From Terriglobia bacterium (GTDB taxonomy: Bacteria; Acidobacteriota; Terriglobia; 20CM-2-55-15): DNA of 64,000 nucleotides. Position 1 is the stretch's first letter; the number at the start of each line of letters is the position of its first letter. The position numbers and the translations under genes are program-made. This document shows, piece by piece, positions 58,790 through 64,000 of the stretch. Under the pieces are notes generated by a model, which saw nothing but the letters and a program-made list of their open reading frames with translations, made no database searches and had not been told where the DNA came from. The DNA lies in the NCBI GenBank assembly GCA_963664115.2, contig CAXWPJ010000006.1:32001-96000 (forward strand). Reading direction: 5' to 3'.

Positions 58790-59752
58790 GTGACGTCCAG
58801 CTTGTCTCGAACAATCCCCATAGAAGAGCGTTACAGGGAACTCCACCTGAGATATCCGGCCCTGGATCTGATCGGAAACACGCGGATGGTTGAATTGACT
58901 TGTTTTCGTGAGGAACTCCCTGGCGTCCGCATTTACGCCAAGACGGAGTACACGAATCCAGGTGGAAGTCTGAAGGATAGACCGGTACGCAGAATGATGT
59001 TGGAAGCGGTGATGTCGGGTGAACTCACCGAGGGCCGGGCAATTCTTGATTCCAGCTCCGGTAATGCGGGGATCGCTTACGCGATGATAGGCGCAATGAT
59101 GAAGATTCCCGTGCACATCGTCATTCCCGGGAATGCCAGCAAGGAGCGCAAGCTTAGGATCCGTTCGCATGGCGCGACGCTGATCGAGACCGACCCGATC
59201 GAGGGATACGACGAGGCTTTACGCGAGTGCCATCGAATCGCTCAAGCGGAATCCGACCGCTATTTCCACTGCGATCAGTATTCCAATGACCATAACTGGC
59301 TGGCTCACTATCACACAACCGCACCCGAAATCCTGGCGCAGACGGATGGAAAGATTACCCACTTCGTTACGGGCGTCGGCACGGGCGGCACGCTGACTGG
59401 GGTCGGGAAGCGGCTGAAGGAAGAGGATCCTGGTATTGAAGTCGTGCAGATCATCCCAGAGGATTTTCCCGGCATCGAAGGGCTGAAACCGCTAGAGGCT
59501 CCGGGCGACATCATTCCCAAGATACTCGATACCCGTGTGGTCGATACCAAGGTTCGGGTTTCGAGCGACGACTCGGCAAAAATGTGCGCGCTCATGGCTC
59601 GTGACGGCATCTTCGCTGGGCAATCTTCCGGGGCTTATCTGCAGGGTGTCTACGAAACAGGGCGTCGCATCGGAGAAGGGACGATCGTTACCCTGCTCAA
59701 CGATATTGGTGAGAGGTATATGAGTACGGCATTGTGGGACAGCTCCGTATAG
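58790..59752 (+). CDS. PLP-dependent cysteine synthase family protein
   Basis: NPGGSLKDR, SSGNAG, GVGTGGT, GQSSGA, ERYMS. Confidence 0.88.
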   Translation: MTSSLSRTIPIEERYRELHLRYPALDLIGNTRMVELTCFREELPGVRIYAKTEYTNPGGSLKDRPVRRMMLEAVMSGELTEGRAILDSSSGNAGIAYAMIGAMMKIPVHIVIPGNASKERKLRIRSHGATLIETDPIEGYDEALRECHRIAQAESDRYFHCDQYSNDHNWLAHYHTTAPEILAQTDGKITHFVTGVGTGGTLTGVGKRLKEEDPGIEVVQIIPEDFPGIEGLKPLEAPGDIIPKILDTRVVDTKVRVSSDDSAKMCALMARDGIFAGQSSGAYLQGVYETGRRIGEGTIVTLLNDIGERYMSTALWDSSV

Positions 59753-59809
59753 ACGAAGTGACACGCTCAGAATCCCTGCGCGACGTAAGCGATCAGATTA
59801 GCGATGCCA

Positions 59810-60010
59810 TCACCGCCCGACGCCGGGTTCTGATTCAATAAATATCGTCTCCCCGGCCCCGTAAGTTCGAGGGTGAACGATGGTCTCCAGTGTTTGCAGT
59901 TCACTGTCGTTGAGATCCTGGAAAATCGGCACCTTCTCGAGGATTTCCGACATGCCCGCTTTCGCATGTTCGAGTCGGAAAATGTTGGACCAAATGCCGT
60001 CGGTTTGCAT
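59810..60010 (-). pseudogene. truncated cyclic-nucleotide-binding (Crp-like) protein
   Basis: LEKVPIFQDL...Y.AGETIF.ESEPG then a stop at the start of the cNMP beta-roll. Confidence 0.65.
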
Positions 60011-60101
60011 AGTGAAGAACTGTACTGAACGGGACGCAGGGATTGCAATGTTTTAGAAGGCATTGACCGCGGCAGGCGAATTACCCTAACGTAACGGCAT
60101 T

Positions 60102-61301
60102 ATGAAAGCGATTTGTGTGCACCAACACGGAGGACCTGAGGTCCTTAGCTACGAAGATGTTCCGGAACCCGAAGCGCAGGCGGGACAGGCGGTTGTTCGA
60201 ATCGAGGCGATCGGGGTCAATTTTGTAGACGTGTACCATCGGACCGGGCTGTATCGGGTCGAGCCTCCCCTGGTGCCCGGCTCTGAAGCCGCTGGAATCG
60301 TTACCGCTGTTGCTGAGGGCGTTAAGGAAGTCAAAGTGGGCGACCGTGTTGCTTACGCCATGTCGCGCGGGTCCTATGCGGAGTTTCAAGCCGTAGACGT
60401 CTGGAAGCTCGTGCGCCTTCCCAGCGGTATGGATGCGCGTGCCGGTGCCGCCATTATGCTCCAGGGATTGACGGCCCACTACCTCTGCTATTCGACGTTT
60501 CCGTTGAAATCGAGCCATAAGGCGCTCGTCCATGCCGCCGCGGGTGGCGTGGGGCTCCTGCTGATTCAGATCGCCAAGAAGAGGGGTGCGACGGTTTACG
60601 GCACGGTCTCAACCGAAGCAAAAGCAGCGTTGGCACGAGAAGCGGGTGCTGACGAAGTGATCCTTTATACCGAACAGGATTTCGAGGCTGAAGTCATGCG
60701 GTTCACCGATGGTGCGGGTGTTGACGTCGTATTCGACTCGGTCGGAGCAACGACATTTCAGGGAAGTGTGAATTGTTTGCGCCCGCGGGGCTATATGGTC
60801 TCTTACGGTCAGTCCAGCGGTCCGGTCGAAGCGTTCAGCGTGGGCACGCTGGGGCCGAAAGCCTTGTTCCTGACACGGCCCACTATGCTCAGCTATTGTG
60901 CAAACCGTGAGGAACTCTTTGCTCGGACGAATGACCTCTTTCGTTGGTACAAGGCCGGGGATCTGAAGCTTCGTATCGAGAAGACGTATCCGCTTGCGGA
61001 GGCCGCCGAAGCCCACAAAGCTCTCGAAGGCCGAAAAACTACAGGGAAGGTCTTGCTGCTGCCACAGCGAACCCCAAAAGCACAAACGGAGCCGACCCCA
61101 GCCGCACCAACAGAGCCAACCCCACCCACACCAACGGAGCCGACCCCAGCCGCACCAACGGAGCCAACCCCACCCACACCAACGGAGTCGACGCCAGCCG
61201 CACCAACGGAGCCGACCCCAGCCGCACCAACGGAGCCGGCCCCACCCGCACCAACGGAGCCAACCCCGCCCATACAAGCGGAGCCGGCCCAAGACGACTA
61301 A
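60102..61301 (+). CDS. qor: NADPH:quinone oxidoreductase (zeta-crystallin family) with Pro/Thr-rich tail
   Basis: GGPEVL, GVNFVD, HAAAGGVG, DSVG, GQSSG, GRKTTGKVLL. Confidence 0.9.
   Translation: MKAICVHQHGGPEVLSYEDVPEPEAQAGQAVVRIEAIGVNFVDVYHRTGLYRVEPPLVPGSEAAGIVTAVAEGVKEVKVGDRVAYAMSRGSYAEFQAVDVWKLVRLPSGMDARAGAAIMLQGLTAHYLCYSTFPLKSSHKALVHAAAGGVGLLLIQIAKKRGATVYGTVSTEAKAALAREAGADEVILYTEQDFEAEVMRFTDGAGVDVVFDSVGATTFQGSVNCLRPRGYMVSYGQSSGPVEAFSVGTLGPKALFLTRPTMLSYCANREELFARTNDLFRWYKAGDLKLRIEKTYPLAEAAEAHKALEGRKTTGKVLLLPQRTPKAQTEPTPAAPTEPTPPTPTEPTPAAPTEPTPPTPTESTPAAPTEPTPAAPTEPAPPAPTEPTPPIQAEPAQDD
61086..61277 (+). repeat. 8 x 24-bp coding tandem repeat (TEPTPAAP / TEPTPPTP)
   Basis: Unit ACGGAGCCGACCCCAGCCGCACCA and variants. 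Confidence 0.9.
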
Positions 61302-61520
61302 GGTTGCCGGTATTTTTAAATCCAGGCTAGAAGTGCAGATCCCGGGCGATCACCGTCCAAAACATTCCGCATACGAGCAGTTGCACCCTCATTCTTCCGC
61401 TGGAAAATAATTCACAGGCTGGCATCCGCCGATTACGAATTAACGCAGCTTGAATCTCAGCAAGCTGTGTAAGAATCCTACCGACTTCTGTTTCATTCAT
61501 AGTTGACTGAGGCAACCGCC

Positions 61521-64000
61521 ATGACACGTCTCCTATACTTGATATTCTTTGCCTCGGGCGCGACCGGTCTGGTGTATGAGGTCATCTGGGTTCGCCTCAC
61601 CGGACTTGTTTTTGGCAACACTTCCTTCTCGATTGCAACGGTTCTGGGGGCCTTCATGACAGGCCTCGCACTCGGCAGTTGGTTGCTCGGTGCTATGGCC
61701 GACCGATATGACCGGCCGCTCCGTATGTACGGTGTTCTGGAGATTCTTATCGGTATCTCCGCCTTGCTGGTCCCGGTCGCTTTCCGCTCCATGCAAGAGG
61801 TCTATTGGAGCCTTGCGCCAACTCTCTCATCTCTGTGGGGCGCAGACGTTTTCCTCCCATTCATTGTGTCCTTCGCCATCATGGTGGTTCCTACGTTCTT
61901 GATGGGTGGAACCCTTCCTGTCCTGTCGCGTTTCTTCGTGCGGCGCACGAACGAGGTTGAGGCTAAGCTGGGCAGGTTGTACGCCCTGAACACTTTCGGT
62001 GCGGCACTGGGTACGCTGGGCGCCGCACTAATATTGATTCCAGGATTTGGAAACCAAATCACGACGATATGGGTCGCGTCCCTCAACGTCGGACTGGGCT
62101 TGCTGGCAATACGAATAGACCTGGGTCAAGAGGCGCTACCAATCGTCGAGGAAGGACAGGCAAGCGTAGCCGATGCAGGATATGGGAATTTGCGTGCGAA
62201 GGACAGACTGGTTCTGCTGACGCTGATGGTGTCCGGGTTTGCTGCACTGACCTACGAGGTCGCGTGGACACGTGCGCTCTCGGCAATGATCGGGAGTTCG
62301 ACCTACGCGTTTGCCATCATGCTCGTCACTTTTCTGGTTGGAATCGGCCTTGGAAGTGCATGGGCAAGCCACTTTCTCCCGTCGGCGAGTATTCGAACAC
62401 TTGGGCTCTTCCAGCTTGGCATCGCGTTTGGAGGCTTGGTGTTTCTTGTGGGGTATCTGGTGGCCCCCTACCTGCTGGTTGCGTTGATTCGGGCTTTCTC
62501 CTATTCGTTCCCTGCTGTTTTAACGGTTCAGTTCGTTGTGTGTATGTCCTTGATGATTCTGGCAACGTTCTTCATGGGAGCTACGTTTCCTGTCAGCGTC
62601 GGGATCTATTCGAACCGGATGCGGGTCCTGGGACGGAGCATCGGCAGCATCTATTCGGTCAACACTGTTGGCGCTATTTTCGGCTCTCTGGCAGCTGGGT
62701 TTCTGTTGGTCCCCGTGATTGGCACGGAGAGAACGATCTTGACAGGCTTATTCTTGAACTCGGCTCTCGCAGTACTGTTGCTGGCCGAATCACGCGGCTC
62801 CATGGCGCGAGCTCGATGGGCGGCTATCGGACTGTTGATCGTTTCGACTGTCTCGATGAGGGGAGGGGTGTTCTGGGATCCAGGTTCATTGGATCGAGGC
62901 GTTCTTATCTACGCGCGCCAGTTCGAAAGCCGTCCGGGACTCCGGTTGTCGGAACACTATACCGACACGGATGTCGTTTATTTCGAGGAGGGAAAGAACG
63001 CGAATATATCGGTGCGGCGAGGCGCCAACTACGTCGGTTTGAGGACCAATGGGAAGGTGGATGCGTCCAACGGCGACGATATGACCACCCAACTTCTGAT
63101 CGGGTATCTTCCCCGATTCCATCACCCCTCGCCCGAGCAAATTCTGGTTATCGGTTACGGCGGCGGCATCACGGCCGGTGTGGCAGCAGTCTTTCCAGAA
63201 ACGGTGCGAGTGGACTGCGTGGAGATCGAACCTGCAGTTCTCGGAGCCGCGCCCTGGTTTGACGCGATGAACCGGAGAAGCTACGACGATCCTAAAGTCA
63301 ACATCATAGAAGGAGATGCCCGGAACTTCCTGAACGTGAGTTCACAATCCTACGACATTATTATTTCCGAACCGTCCAATCCCTGGATAGCGGGTATCGG
63401 GAGTCTGTTTACGGCGGAATTTTATGAGCTTGCTGCTTCCCGGCTGGCCCCGGACGGAGTGTTCGCACAGTGGTTGCAGCTCTATGAAATGTCACCCGAC
63501 GACGTCCGCATGGTTCTTGGCGAATTTCAGAGGCAGTTTCCAGAGGTTTCAGTGTGGGACATGGGCGTGGGAGACCTGATCTTGCTGGGGAGTCGACAAC
63601 CTCTTCATTTCGAAGCCGAGGGTATGGAACGCATTGTGGCCAACGACGCAACGGTAAGGCAAGACTTCGAGCAGCATCTTGGATTCGATGATCCTCTGGC
63701 AATCTTCGCTGCCTACACTTTGTCCAGCGAGGAAGTTGAACAGTTCGTGGCACGGGCCCCACGGAATACCGACGACAGGCCGGTGCTTGAATTCAATGCT
63801 CCGCGAAATCTGTTTTCAGAGACGTGGGATATGAACGTGCGGTTACTGAACGAGTACAGATCGGCTCTGATGCCTGAAGGTCTTCCCCCTGCTGTCAGAG
63901 AGCGCGTCTACGTAGCGCTGATGGAGCCATTGCTGGCAAGGGGGCAGGTTCAGCTGGCTGCACGGGGGCTCGGTGAGCTTGCTGAAATGGAGGAATCCAG
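61521..64000 (+). CDS. fused MFS-like membrane / spermidine synthase-family protein (runs off window end)
   Basis: MTRLLYLIFFASGATGLVYEVIW; in-frame ILVIGYGGG at 63141; VEIEPAV, GDARNFL, DIIISEPSNPW. Absent from the ORF track because it has no stop in the window. Confidence 0.88.
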   Translation, partial: MTRLLYLIFFASGATGLVYEVIWVRLTGLVFGNTSFSIATVLGAFMTGLALGSWLLGAMADRYDRPLRMYGVLEILIGISALLVPVAFRSMQEVYWSLAPTLSSLWGADVFLPFIVSFAIMVVPTFLMGGTLPVLSRFFVRRTNEVEAKLGRLYALNTFGAALGTLGAALILIPGFGNQITTIWVASLNVGLGLLAIRIDLGQEALPIVEEGQASVADAGYGNLRAKDRLVLLTLMVSGFAALTYEVAWTRALSAMIGSSTYAFAIMLVTFLVGIGLGSAWASHFLPSASIRTLGLFQLGIAFGGLVFLVGYLVAPYLLVALIRAFSYSFPAVLTVQFVVCMSLMILATFFMGATFPVSVGIYSNRMRVLGRSIGSIYSVNTVGAIFGSLAAGFLLVPVIGTERTILTGLFLNSALAVLLLAESRGSMARARWAAIGLLIVSTVSMRGGVFWDPGSLDRGVLIYARQFESRPGLRLSEHYTDTDVVYFEEGKNANISVRRGANYVGLRTNGKVDASNGDDMTTQLLIGYLPRFHHPSPEQILVIGYGGGITAGVAAVFPETVRVDCVEIEPAVLGAAPWFDAMNRRSYDDPKVNIIEGDARNFLNVSSQSYDIIISEPSNPWIAGIGSLFTAEFYELAASRLAPDGVFAQWLQLYEMSPDDVRMVLGEFQRQFPEVSVWDMGVGDLILLGSRQPLHFEAEGMERIVANDATVRQDFEQHLGFDDPLAIFAAYTLSSEEVEQFVARAPRNTDDRPVLEFNAPRNLFSETWDMNVRLLNEYRSALMPEGLPPAVRERVYVALMEPLLARGQVQLAARGLGELAEMEES

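Noticed and set aside
62069-63262. 397-aa ORF in the track
   Set aside because: Out-of-frame shadow of the MFS/spermidine synthase gene starting at 61521.

Overview
GC-rich bacterial DNA, probably Acidobacteriota (an inference from the gene families seen). The left part (about 1-37.3 kb) is an accessory mosaic. It holds exported enzymes and hypothetical proteins, a copper-resistance operon, IS elements (IS1380, IS256 x2, IS6 and IS3 remnants) and attachment-site remnants containing tRNA-Val(CAC) 3' halves. The right part (about 38-64 kb) looks like core genome: addB/addA-like genes, ilvE, gpmA, a YhaO/YhaN-like pair, a WYL regulator, cystathionine beta-synthase, cysteine synthase, quinone oxidoreductase and an MFS/spermidine synthase fusion, with two more IS insertions. 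The main unexplained structure is a set of seven directly repeated, imperfectly palindromic 11-6-11 sites at 5.67-16.38 kb (consensus AGTCCTGA(T/G)AA-ATCATC-TT(C/G)TCGGACGT, invariant 6-bp spacer). They split the region into 1-2-gene modules, are often preceded by 3' stubs of a Ser/Thr kinase gene, enclose an integron-type GNAT cassette, and end next to the first tRNA-Val att remnant. This looks like a gene-cassette array served by a tyrosine recombinase, but no recombinase gene is in the window, so the mechanism is inferred.
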